From the NCBI GenBank assembly GCA_002633005.1, contig NMRA01000981.1, forward strand, positions 16,486 through 80,485: a stretch of DNA of 64,000 nucleotides. The letters run 5' to 3'. A program made the translations under genes and the position numbers. The notes beneath the pieces are model-generated. The model had not been told where the DNA came from. It was given only the letters and a program-made list of their open reading frames with translations, and did no database searches. Positions 40,465 to 52,499 of the stretch are shown here, in pieces. How positions within the stretch are numbered: the stretch's first letter is position 1; every line of letters starts with the position of its first letter. This DNA comes from Phoronis australis (lineage: Eukaryota > Animalia > Phoronida).

Positions 40465-41278
40465 TGATTCGGAACAAACAACATTTTATATTACGATATC
40501 GAATCCTCTAACTGATTAAATAATTTGATTCAACTTAGCTTTTTAACTTTAAGATTGTGAATTGATTCGCTTGATACCATGTATGCATAAGCTTTAATTT
40601 CTCATTATTGAATCGCAAAACGTATAACGATAACCTCGGTTAATTTGTATCCGGAGGTTTGCAGATGTCACTGCCATACAACTGTTATCTGCATACATCT
40701 TCATGCGCCTTTCATATGTTCGACAAATTCAATTTTCAAAGTTTCCACAATTGATAGCTGTGATAAGATTAAATCTTTTAAACAAGGAATAGGAATACAG
40801 TAGCATTTTCAAGAAGACGGGCGTGTAACTTTTTCAAAGCCTAAGTTTTCCCAAGAATGAAAAGGGAAGGGATGTCTTTAAGATATTATCACGACACTTT
40901 TTACTCTTTATAGTTGGGAAAATAATGTATATTTAAGTTAATCATCGTCCCTCGTTTTTAATGAGACTAGTGAAGAGTGCTGAACCGATTCACCAAAAGT
41001 TGTCCAGGGCCACCTTACGGACGGTTTTGCCGATGACGTCAGATCTCAAAATGGCTGCCTACACGGACGAGTTGATGATCCTAGTTTGTCAAATCAAAAC
41101 CTGTCTCAAATACGTGGTTTGCAGCCAGAACTTTCGGCCAGATAAGAAAATGTTCAAGGTACAACAAGTATGTATGATTTCATCGCATTTACCTTCGTTG
41201 TTTTTTGAGTTATTTGCGAGAGTACGTTCACTTCCGTGTTCACATCAGCTCATCGGCACCGCTCCTTCAATAGACCGA
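40465..41278 (+). repeat. Dispersed repeat family X, copy 3 (resumes at 43108-43263)
   Basis: Colinear with 28580-29520; interrupted by a 1.8-kb insert. Confidence 0.85.
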
Positions 41279-42206
41279 GGAACACCTTAGGAGGTTGTCG
41301 ATGTGTTTAATTCCTTCCAACTCAAACAAATACTCCCGTTATGAAACTTTTTCTTCGAGCAGACTACCGTTTCTGGTTGTGCTGGCCAGCTGGAGACGGT
41401 GGTCACTGTCTACATAAAACCCAAAGTGTTTTAGTGCCTGGGCGTTGTTTTCGGTATAGGTGCATCTAATAGCCGAAATATCGCTTATTTTAGCATGTAA
41501 AAGTTAAAAAATTACATCTGAGTCTGAAAGTTTAGATATTTTGGAGCGGTGAATCTTCGGAGTGGTGAATTGTTGAAGTAGTGAACCTTCGGAATTAGTC
41601 AGTGAACCTTCCGAGTAGTAAACTTTCAAAATAGTGGGATGTCCCCATTTCCAGCGATGTAAGCAACCAGATAAACAATTTTGTTAAGTCATTCGCCAAC
41701 TAGACTTCATATTTCCGTCGGAGTATGCAATGAGGTGTAATCACTCATTTAAGTATGGCTGATTTGAAACTTCGGCAGGAAATAACGCGAGAATGTTCTC
41801 TTTTTGGACTACATTACATCCTAATTTGTGTCTTGTTCTTTTCGAGCAACCATCACAGCATCCTCGTTTCTGGTATTACAAATTCCGTCTCATCTCATGA
41901 ACATGAGTTGTCATCATGTATACAAATTTGCCTTCCCCCTAATTAAGCTGCGTCAAAGGCATCACCGAAAGCTCTACAGTGTCGACGTTTGCAAAATACC
42001 AAGATCCACCGTTCTTGAAATTCGAACCACCCCCCGCTCAATGCTGGCTACGGGCCTGAATATATATGCATTTGAGTAGAGAGATAGGGGCGTCTAAAAA
42101 AGTCGCCCCTACATCGACCAAACCTCTGCACGCTACTGCCCCACCGCTAAAAATGTCTGTAAAGCATCTTTTGTTGCATGCAGAATGTTGCTCGACATTA
42201 TGCAAA

Positions 42207-43010
42207 TGGTTTCAAGCGGTTACCTGGCGAGTTGATCTAGCTCAACTCAGGTACTTGGGTGTGTCTGACGAAGATAACCCACCACTATATTTGCCTGGCA
42301 GTATTTATTCTTAATACCTGGGCTTACGGCGAATATTTTGCAACTGGTTTTATGTGGTTGCCTCAGGGTTGATCTAGCTCAATTATGTATTTGGGCATGT
42401 CTGGCGGGGCTAACCCACCACTAGATTTGTCTGGCAGTATTTATTAGTGATACCTGGGCTTATGGTGAATATTTTGGAACTAGTTTTAGGCGGTTACCTC
42501 TCAGGTTGATCTAGCTCAATTTTTAACCCTTTTTGATAATCATCTGGCAGGGGCACCCCACCAGTGAAATTGTCTGGCATCTAACTGTTGTTCCATGTCA
42601 AGTGATGCTGAACATCGTGCAATTGGTTTCAAACGGTTACCTGATGGGTTGATCTAGCTCAATTCTGGTATCTGGGCGTGTCTGGCGGGGGTAACCCACC
42701 ACTAGATTTGTCTGGCATTCTTCATTTCGTGATACCTGGGCTTACAGTGAATATTTTGCGACTGGTTTCAAGCGGTTACCTCTTGGATTGATCTAGCTCA
42801 ATTTTTGTACCCTGTATATATATGTTCGTCTGGCGGGTACTCCCCACCACTGAAATTGTCTGGCAGTGACCAATTTTGATACAATGAATGACGTAGCAGG
42901 TATTGATGGCAGTTTTAAGTGGTTACCAGAAAAGTTTATCTAGCTCAATTTGTTAGTGTAATTCTCTTGGCTCCCCTGACCACACCCACCAGAGCGAACC
43001 TGCCAGACGG
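42207..43010. repeat. Tandem array of about 6 units of 137-146 bp
   Basis: Conserved GGTTACC-N-GATCTAGCTCAA and CTGGCGGG-N-CCCACCA-N-TTGTCTGGCA blocks recur near 42217, 42354, 42491, 42634, 42773 and 42919. Confidence 0.92.
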
Positions 43011-43717
43011 CCATTTCCAAGCATCAGGATACCCATAGAGCACTGTGGCACCAAAGAAAATTGGTTACCCTTTTCATGCACAAAAAAGCTCTGGGATCCC
43101 GGTCTAACATCGGCACCGTTTCGTCATTTCAGTAGTCAGTAGACCAAGTTGTCGCTGTAATAAATTACGAATATTTCCAAATATACGCCAGCTGGGCTCG
43201 TTTTTTTGGGGAGGGGGGTGGTAGATGTGACAAAGAATAAAGATGCGTGTAAATTATGCGTGCGCAGTGGCAGGTCTACGATTTCAGTAAGGGGGGGGGG
43301 TTAGGATTCGTGCAAAGGTCGAATCCGAGGCGCGTGGGGCCGAGTGGGGGGAGACAATTTTTTTGTTTTTGTAGCCAAGTAGTGAAGTTTCCATGCATCC
43401 TGGTAAGTTTCTAGCACTTAACAGGTCTCGGGAATTTTTTCCCAAGATAATTTAAAACCCTTCTTGATTTTCGTCGCATAAGTTTCGTTGTAGTCGGCAA
43501 CATCATTGGCCTTTTGTTTTTCTGTGGCGTCTTGTGATTGGTCCATTTTGGTGTGTTCCCTGTATGTTCATTACAAAAGAGGTTGGCGCTTCTGGTGATT
43601 GTTTTTTTCTTGGAAAACCGGCAAGGTCTTCCATGCTTGATCTGCTCTCGGCATAAAAGTGAGTATAAAAGTGAGTACTCTTTTGCCTAGCTAGTGAACC
43701 TGCAGTAATGCAACATT

Positions 43718-43730
43718 TGGCGTAGTCGGC
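43718..43730 (+). promoter_or_regulatory. Primer-binding site complementary to the tRNA-Ser 3' end
   Basis: TGGCGTAGTCGGC lies 2 nt after the CA LTR end and complements ...GCCGACTACGCCA of animal tRNA-Ser. Confidence 0.85.
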
Positions 43731-45123
43731 GCTAGTTAGGGATATCATAAGAGTTCAAAAGGCTTTTACCTGTCCAGGGTTTTTCGTTAGTCCGGGGGGA
43801 AAGTTGGAAAGCTTAGTCGGTGCTCTGCTAACAAGTGGTTAGTGCAGTGACCAAGGGGTTCTTGGTCTTTAGGTGTAGTTTGTTTTAGGTTATCTGGGCC
43901 TCATTTTTTGCAGGGTTTTTTTGTGGTTTATTTTTGGGTCTTTTGTTAATTTCGGGGTATTTGCCAGTTAGAATTGGGTGTGGTTCCATTGACTTAGTCA
44001 CGTAGTAGGTAGTGTTTTGGTTATGAATGCCAATTCATTCCCTAACCTTTAGTCCTTATATAAAATATATATATATGTATATATATATATTGCCTTTTGA
44101 TAGCCAACCATGTCAGTAGGTTTACGAATCCCCATAAGCTACTGTCGTGAGTCAGACTAGTTAGATTTGCCGGGAGTTGACGAAGATATCGTCGAACAAA
44201 TAGTTGACTTCCGGGAAAGGTGTTCTATCGATCACCGTAATATTTGTCACATAGCGGATGATTGGATAGTAACTCCCTTGGTGACTGACCGGGTGGATTA
44301 TTCTTTAACCCCCAGTTCAGATTCCCGCACATATAATTTGCCGGCGAGGTTAGCTCGAGTGGCTGACGCTTGCGATATGCTAAATAGGTCCCTTAGTCCT
44401 CGTTTAGGTAGAACTACTAAGTACCAAGGGGGGTCCCAATACCAGGTAGAGGAGGGTAGGCGCAACAGTGGCATAAGTCCCGGCGATAATACGCCTCCTG
44501 TTCGACGCAGGGGGTATTCGGAAAATGTAGGAGGTAGGCGTGACAGTGGTCTGGATCCCGACGCTTTTATTTCTCCTGTTCGCCCAATGGGGTACTGGGA
44601 AAATAGAGAGGGAACGCGTGACAGAGGCGGAAGTCCTGGCGCGAGGAATGCCAGGGGTTATAAAGTTGATTCCCAATGCTCCCAATAATTTAGTTTTCAA
44701 GGGCTTGCGAAAGATTTCCACTGGAAGTTTAGTCGTTTTGCTAAAGAAAACTTCTGGTCTGGTGATAAATGTTTAGCAGAGCTAAGTCTTTGCTGTGAAG
44801 GTGATGCACTCCGCTTCCTCTGTAATTTTACAGAAAGTCGGCCAGAGGCATTGTATGATGAAGTTGTTGATGCAATGAGAAAACGTTTTGGAGTTGCTTC
44901 GGGGGTGCCAGAAGTAGACCAATTACAATTTCACTCCACATCCCAAAAACAAGCCGAGTCCTTACATCAGTGGGCTGACAGGCTTAATCATCTGTATTTT
45001 TTGGCCTTTCCAAATCCTTCAGATGGTGACCGCCATCGGGCCATACTCAGGTTTTGTTTGGGGTTAATGGATCAGGATATAGGCAAGCAGTTGTTGAATT
45101 GTCGTCCCCAATCCATAGACCAG

Positions 45124-47068
45124 GGCCCGGTCTCCAATCTCCGTACTCAGACTCGAATCATGCTCAAACTCACACTTCATACTCAACTCGAGTACAGACT
45201 CCGCTTTGGTGTATTCAATGTCATACTCGAAAAATCTGTACTCGAAATTTCGAGCACGTACTCAGTTTTCGAGTGTACTCGAACTGAAGTGTATCTTATC
45301 TATATTTCGAGTACGATTTTGAGTAAAAATTCCGAGTCTATGCTCAAATTTCAAGTTTGGTATGGCAGTGTGCTTGAAATCGTACTCGAAAATAAATACG
45401 AGCCAGAGAACAATATATCGAAAGGGAACCAAGAAACACAGCAAATCTATAAAAACAAGTCCTCTTACCGTATTTCAGCACTTCAATTTCAGTTCAGAGA
45501 TAATAGTTTTCATCTTAAATCTTCTTATTCTTCACCTTATTAACCCGCCGTATCACTGTATGTTATGGCCGCCATTCTACCTCTACAATTCCTGGCAACA
45601 AGCGCATTGTAATCCCTTGTCGGCGAGTCATAACAAGCGTCGAAAGCAGTTGTGGGAAAACTTGCGTGAGAAGTTTGTGCTGCCCTTATTTCGGTATGTG
45701 TGCCTACGTTTTGTAGGGATTCCAAAAGACGAGGGGAGGGAAATTAAAAAAAGTTCGCTTCCCTGTCAGGTACATTTCTCATCATAACGTAATCATCTAT
45801 AATTCCTCAATCTCCAAGTGGAATTCCAGATTTTGTTTGCCGATTTCTAAGTAGACGTCTCGTCCCGTTCACTGCCACTGGTGAACTCTGAATGCCTGCA
45901 CAAGTATTGTTTTTTAATTCACGTGCCATATGTCAACTCACTTGATACATCCCGGTAAAATACAAAGATACGGTATCAAAGTTTGACATCAGCGTAGGCC
46001 TACACAGCAATGGGTTTTATGTCAAGACTAAATCAGCAACAGAGATGTGNCCACTGGTGAACTCTGAATGCCTGCACAAGTATTGTTTTTTAACTCACGT
46101 GCCAAATGTCAACTCACTTGATACATCTCGGTAAAATACAAAGATAAAGTATCAAAGTTTGACATCAGCGTAGGCCTACACAGCAATGGGTTTTATGTCA
46201 AGACTAAATCAGCAACAGAGATGTGATGTGATAAGCTGTTACATATTTCCTAAGACATTTTCGGGACTGGGTGAGGAACTCAAGAAGTAAAGCTTAATAA
46301 TTGCCAAATGTATCAAAGAAATGGCATAAGAATATTTATTGAAACTAAAAAATGAATAACAGTTACAGAACACTCAGAATTCCATGTTATAGACATACTC
46401 TTGTAGTTGTAGCGACAGCAGACGATAATGTAGGCCTAGTTCTTGGGGTGGTCTATTCCAATAGCTAGGGAGCGATGAATCAGCGTGGCTTTGCGTGATT
46501 TTGCATTTCACATCATAAAGAGTTCCATACCAACTCGAGTATGAGTGTCAGATTTGAGTACGTTTGGAGTCTACTCGAAATACGACATTAGATACGCTTT
46601 TTTGAGTACGACTCCAGTGAGCACGATTTTGAGTATGAAATCTCGAGTATGAGTCTGAGTACGGAGATTGGAGACCGGGCCCAGAACTACCCTGGCTCTG
46701 GGCAATTTCGGGTTCTACGGAAGAAATACACACAGTGGTACCTTGCTGTACTTTGTCTTTGACGACAGTCTTCATACAGCTAGCTGGCTGGCTACTACTG
46801 CATGCTCTTCCAACACTGGCTGAGTGAGGCACAAGCAAGTTGCTGGCNGGGAGCGATGAATCAGCGCGGCTTTGCGTGATTTTGCATTTCACATCATAAA
46901 GAGTTCCATAGCAACTCGAGTATGTGTGTCAGATTTGAGTACGTTTGGAGTCTACTCGAAATACGACATTAGATACGCTTTTTTGAGTTCGACTCCAGTG
47001 AGCACGATTTTGAGTATGAAATCTCGAGTATGAGTATGAGTCTGAGTACGGAGATTGGAGACCGGGCC
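45124..47068. mobile_element. Young non-autonomous PIF/Harbinger-like element with CAG TSD
   Basis: 31-bp perfect TIR GGCCCGGTCTCCAATCTCCGTACTCAGACTC; CAG at 45121-45123 and 47069-47071; many subterminal TACTCGA/TCGAGTA motifs; an extra right end at 46681. Confidence 0.88.
46050..46848. other. Probable scaffolding artefact: a contig from another locus of the same element placed between single-N gaps
   Basis: N at 46050 and 46848. 45875-46049 repeats after the first N and 46469-46684 repeats after the second. 46685-46847 is unrelated flank. Confidence 0.8.
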
Positions 47069-47837
47069 CAGGCACTGGATCTAGCCGTGTGGTTCTCCAT
47101 GACGAGTGTTAGTCACGGGTAGATTTTTTGACAGAGGATATCAAAGCTCTGCATAAACAAATGGACAATCTATCTAGGGAGATGAACCAAAATGTCTCTA
47201 ACTTTCAAGGTCGTTTTTATAAAATAGACACCAATTTAGAGAAAATGCTGGGTTTGTTAGCTTCGGGTCGGGTGTCCCCTAGAAAATCCCCATCCAGATA
47301 CCCGGTAATTCTCCGCGGAGAATCGGAGAGTGTTTCACTTGTGGGGAGACTGGCCATTTCAAATATTCGTGCCCCAATAAACCATCGGCCAATGTAAAAC
47401 TAGCCTCAACGTCTCCTGATTGTTTAAACTGGACCGGACTGAAGGACTAGGTCTAAATTCAGTCCAGAATTCCCAATCAGGCCTACCCAAAGACTATTCA
47501 ACTCTGATAGGTTTGGTGGGAGGGATCAAAAAACAGTTAAAACGTGCTAATAAAAAATCTAAGAAAACGGTTCGTTCCACTGGGGTTGGGACAGATTCCG
47601 AAGATTCTTTCTCACTAGCAGATTCCGACAGGGATTCCAATCCGGGTTCTCTTGCTAGTAGAGATACGTGTACTGTAGATCCACCTATCAAATCAGATAC
47701 AGATACAGATCGAGCGACTCTGGACGTAGTACAGACTGACTCTGATTCAATGAAATCGTCACCGAAGGTAGTAAACGTATGTAAAGTATCTTCAGTATTA
47801 TATACCCATGGAGTTGAAGGGTTTGAGGCTAAATAGT

Positions 47838-48945
47838 ATCCTCGATAGTTGTGCTGATAGTACTGTAATTTCTACCAGGTTTTTTAATTTCCTCTCGGGT
47901 GTCCAAGCCATGCATGATGTAAAAGTGACAACGGCCGCAAAACATATCAAACCTCAGTGGTAGTTTTGTATATTCAGGACAATTGCCTCTTGGGGTTAGA
48001 TATCATGAAACAAATGGGATGTGCTCTGAACATGAAAGAGGATAAACTTACTATTGAGGGTTAAGTAATTCCAATGGAATACGGCATCCCATCCAAATAT
48101 CTCCCTCCCGTGGTAGTGAATTCAAATGTTTTAATTCCTGCCGATTCGGTGAAGAGATTAAGTGGGATTGAATTTCCAAAGGTTTCTCCCCTGGTTATGT
48201 TTGATCTGTCTCAATCTTTAGATCCCCGTATTTCGATCCCACGCTCAGTACATGACCCCCAATCCTGTTCTTCCCTTTTCGTTTCAATTCATCGGAACAT
48301 GGGGTAAGATTAACAGGAGGTACTATCTTGGGAGTAGTGGAACCCGTGGAATCTGAAGTGGTAAAAGATACTCAGGTTCAGGAACACTGCTCAGTTAAGC
48401 TAACTAAAGCACAGGTTACTCCTGGGGGTGTTGAGACACTGTCGGGGAGATTACCGAGGCGAACTCCTGGGGATGTTAATGCATTGTCGGGAGGTTTACC
48501 AGAAAAGCTAACTTCGCTGTTTGACCAATCTTCATTTCATTTAAGTGAGGGGGGGAAGTAAGAGTTTGGAGATGTGTTCGCTGCCAGTGATTTGGATCTA
48601 GGAAAATTTACGGCATGTAATAGACACCGCGACAGCAAAATCTATTAAGACGGGTATGCGCCGGACTCCACCCTGTTTTGTGCAGGAAGAGGAGGATAAT
48701 TTAAAGAAATTGTTAAATGCTAGAGTAATTGTCCCCTCTATGAGTGACTGGGCCACAGCTCCTGTGTTAATCCGCAAGGCTGATGGGACAGTGTGTTACT
48801 GTATTGACTACAGGGTGTTAAATAGTGTTACCCAAAAAGATGCATGGCCTTTACCATTGATTGAAGAATGTATAGATCTCCTTGCTGGCAATGTTTGGTT
48901 TAGTTAGATGCAAACTCTACTTATTGGCAAATCGAAATCCGTGAA
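47838..48945 (+). pseudogene. pol: Gypsy pol: aspartic protease and N-terminal reverse transcriptase
   Basis: ILDSCADSTVIS; CLLGLDIMKQMG; MRRTPP...SDWATAPVLIRKADGTVCYCIDYRVLNSVTQKDAWPLPLIEECIDLLAGNVWFS.LDANSTYWQIEI. The rest of RT, RNase H and the integrase core are deleted. Confidence 0.93.
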
Positions 48946-49046
48946 AAATCTGTAACGATAGGTTCCAAGACCTACCTATCTGGCTGAAAAGAATGATTCA
49001 GGTAAATTCCACAGTGAACCGGGACAGTCTAACAGAAGACGTCGAA

Positions 49047-49191
49047 GTATACTGTTTTTGTAGGAGACCTGATCATGGCGGGTTCATGATTGCTTGTGAC
49101 ATGTGATGAGTGGTATCATGGAGAATGTGTAAGCATTACCACTGATGACGCACTGCACATTGACAGGTACATCTGTTCCAGTTGTGAATAA
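49047..49191 (+). pseudogene. PHD finger (C4HC3) at the pol/integrase C-terminus
   Basis: VYCFCRRPDHGGFMIACD/CDEWYHGECVSITTDDALHIDRYICSSCE* with one frameshift near 49100. Confidence 0.9.
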
Positions 49192-49216
49192 TATTTGCTT
49201 TTTGGCAATATTTCAG

Positions 49217-50318
49217 ATGTTTCGATGTACAGATGTTCGGCTTAAAACGAATCCGGACTTTCCTTGCATTACCGATGTCCCAAGTGAGCGGGAGGACTCT
49301 ACCCAACCACCAATTCAACCCAGGGAACAAGACCAGCCACCGGTGCAAGAGGTGTCCACAAAATTGGTAAATAATGGGGAATCAGACGTCGACGAGTAGG
49401 TCTTAGACGACGACCCGATCGAAATAGTCTCACCCTCTTGTCCTGTTAAAATCAATATCCCCCTGACAACACCCGCTGACTTTCTACCCAGTCCTCCCTC
49501 CCCTATGATGGTAGATTCTGCGGTGGTGTCAACAGGTTCCCCAACTGTGCCGCTGTCCTTGGTTGGAGAGTGTATTTGGGCCCTTCCTGATTACTCCCGA
49601 GGGGTACAGATGGCGGAAGCCCTATTACAGCCCACTGACAAATATCAGTGCTCTCTTTGCCCTTTCAACGTTCCTCTCGGTGAAGATGAGCTTTTGTGTA
49701 AACACATTTTTACTTGTCATCTTCATCCTTTGTTTTCAACAAATCTAGCTGATGTGGTTGCCAGCCCTCACCTTCATTGAGGGAGATAATATTTCTTAGC
49801 TTATCTTTTTTTTCCTTTTGGAGGGACGTAGCATGAAGGACTCCCTGGATCTTGTGGATAGATGTAACCTGGTATGCCGGGTCTTGAGCCAGCTGCCACG
49901 GGTACTCCCCCTTGATCAAAAAGCGATGTCTGTAATGACTACCACATTTGGCTAGGACAGAGTTCCGAGTTTTACATTAACACCCCGACTCAACTCGCCA
50001 GCCGCTTGCTTCCACCGGTATGTTATTACTCTGTTACTTCAAACATTACGCGAGAGTGACCATGCCCGATGGTTTGTAAGTGCCCATGGTGTGCAGCTCC
50101 CTCAGTCCTTTCTTGAATCTTCGTTCGGAGAGGTCGGGCCATTGTCCTTGAAAACCCCCAGGTCCCAGACATCAACTTTGGCCCCCTCACCATCAAAAAG
50201 ACCAAAAACCTATGCTCAGATTGCCTCCTGCCCTGAGGCTAAATCTTTGCCCCCTCCTGTACCGCTTAAGCCCCTGGTTGAGCGAGAACAGGTTTGTCCA
50301 AAGCGATCGGTGCCATAA
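49217..50318 (+). pseudogene. Additional 3' ORF: Pro/Ser/acidic-rich with a C2H2-like finger
   Basis: ATG directly after TATTTCAG. One frame runs 49217-49780 with a single stop at 49397 and includes YQCSLC-X12-CKHIFTCHL. A further coding-like piece extends to 50318. Confidence 0.6.
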
Positions 50319-51221
50319 CTTGTTAGAGTGCATCTTCAAACGGATTTGCGACAAGACCACGGCCTCCACCACAATAGCAAATCTCGGGAAAACGATTTTT
50401 TTTCCAAAATATTACATGTACACTGTATGATATTGCGCAAGACAACTTTACTATACACCACTAAATTCGAGTTACAAACATGTGGAGTGTAATAGCATGA
50501 CACAACATGACAGATGAGGTAAAAATGTTGCACGTCAATTCGCCTGAATATCAGGGTTGCAGCACCACAGTATTTCCCCTAATCAACCTAAAGAAAACAG
50601 CTATGGAGCTGCTCTTTCAGGGGCGGATTCATCTAAAATACGATGAGCCACGAAGACTCGACATGTGTTGATTTTCATAGCAGCAATTCACAATGCAAAA
50701 AATTAGATTTTCAGAGTGAACCCCTCCCTCATCTTTTTTGAAGTATTAGGGTTAAGACATGCTATTGTGTGCAAGGCTCGACACTATTAAAATCGCCAGG
50801 TTGCATTTTGCGAGGTAGCCAAAATCCCAGGTTGCATTTTCAAAATCCAGCTCACTTCAGACTTTCAAGCGTTCCTACTTTTCCTACTTTTTCCTACTTT
50901 TTGGCTTGTTCCTGCTTTATCCTACTTTTTCTGAAATTCCTAATATTTCCTACTTTTTCCTACTTTTTTTCTCATTCGGAGCATAGCCAGCAGTGGAAGA
51001 AACTTTGACAACCATGCTAGAAAAATGTTGTGGATACTCAATGCTATCAACCAAGTGTGAACATAGCAACAATGTATTTACTTTGTATATATACTTTGTA
51101 TATATACTTTGTATATACATTGTATATTTCCTTCTGCTTTGAAAAAAGAGCCCACAATGTGAGCTCACTTCTCCCTTCACCTGTGTGCCTAGGCTTCCTA
51201 GTAATCACTAACAACGTTTTT

Positions 51222-51598
51222 ATGTAACCCTGGTTTATTTTGTATGGGTTTTCAATTTCATTTTATTTTTGTTTGTGATTTACACAATTCCTGCCTGGCA
51301 CATACGTTTAATCTTTGTGTTGTAAATAAGGGCTGAGATAACACAGTCATATTGAACGATTATGTTCACTTTTTAGAAAGGCACAACGTGATGTTATGGA
51401 TCGAATCCTGGAGGCTGACCGTGCCTGTTATCTCAGCGTCTAGTTTGTTCATTAATTATATGGTGTTCTGGAAGGAGAATCAATTATTTTCTGAAACAGC
51501 TTTGAAATAAGAAATCTTTCTTATACTGGAATCATGAGACAGTGTAAAAAGACACCCCAAAATTCAAGCACATGCGAGGTAAGATAATTAAGGTCTCT
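51222..51598 (+). repeat. Second copy of the 370-bp palindromic-core repeat
   Basis: Matches 36440-36812. Confidence 0.9.
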
Positions 51599-52499
51599 TA
51601 AAAAATGCTCAACAGTTTGGAGAACAGTAAATAAAGGATATTATGTTGACCTTTTTGATCAATCACAATGGCCGTTTCCAAAATATGTTGTTGCGAATTA
51701 AGCCAAATTTGGCTCTTTCCATAGACTTAGAGACCATAAAAATGGACAAGCGTAGCAAAAATCCTCGGCAGGGTCATGTATTGGCAACTAAGAAAGTCAA
51801 AAGGTCAAAAGCATTTTCTTTGCGTTTTTTTGTTTGCAACATTTTCAACTTCAGCCGGTTTTTCCGACAAAAAATAGAAATTTAAGTAGGATATCGAAAC
51901 ATCTGGATCAGTTCGAAATAGATTTTAAGTGCGAGATTTTTATAGGAATCATTTTACACAGCACACAAAGCTTGCACGTATATCAGAAAATAAGCTTTGG
52001 TGTGTTGAACTTAATCTTTTTGTTGATGTGGAGATTTCTAAGCAAATACCTTCTTTAATTTTAACACTTGCAAGATTGCAAATGGTTTCGTATTACATCA
52101 CGTATGCACGTGCTTTCTCATTATTGAAATTGCTAGAATGAAATTATAGATTGAGATAAAAGTTACCGTTTGCTAATTTCTATCTAGATATTGTATATGC
52201 CTCTGTCACAGGATTTTAATCTGCCCAAACTTGTCCGCAGCTTTTAATGTGAGTCCCTTTTGATGTTTTTCAATTTGGTAGTTATAATAGTTTGACTTTC
52301 AGAAAAAACATATGAGTACTTCTTCGTAACGCAAGATCTTCGCAAAAATTAAAGAAAACTGCCTTTACAGTCATCTCCGTACTTGTAAACCAGTCAGAAT
52401 ATATAGGAAAAGGTAATTTTTAACCCATTTTTATATTTTGAAAGTAGTTTTTAATTCTTGAATTTAATTCCCTTTCTTCAAAAGTAACTTAATGTACAC

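Larger units (their letters stand above)
44110..47400 (+). pseudogene. gag: Gypsy gag, interrupted by an insertion at 45124-47068
   Basis: ATG at 44110; capsid-like YDEVVDAMRKRFG...QFHSTSQKQAESLHQWADRL. Removing the insert restores RPQSIDQ-ALDLAVWF. Zinc knuckle CFTCGETGHFKYSC at 47331-47372. Stops and frameshifts present. Confidence 0.88.
43490..50318 (+). mobile_element. Decayed Ty3/Gypsy LTR retrotransposon with an internal deletion; no 3' LTR seen
   Basis: LTR end ...TGCAACA (43715), PBS, gag with CCHC knuckle, protease, RT start, PHD and extra ORF in order. The LTR start is uncertain. Confidence 0.88.

Noticed and set aside
24946-41290. Recurrent peptide MTSDFKMAAYT as a conserved protein
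   Set aside because: Translation of repeat family X; frames and strands differ among copies.
42207-43010. CRISPR array
   Set aside because: Eukaryotic context, 140-bp units, spacers related to each other and no cas genes.
44851-45543. 230-aa ORF as an intact protein
   Set aside because: Gag frame reading through into the Harbinger-like TIR after SIDQ; the C-terminal part is chance.
5491-49191. SET writer and PHD reader as one linked system
   Set aside because: They are 43 kb apart in unrelated elements and concern different expected marks (H4K20 vs H3K4); co-occurrence is probably coincidental.
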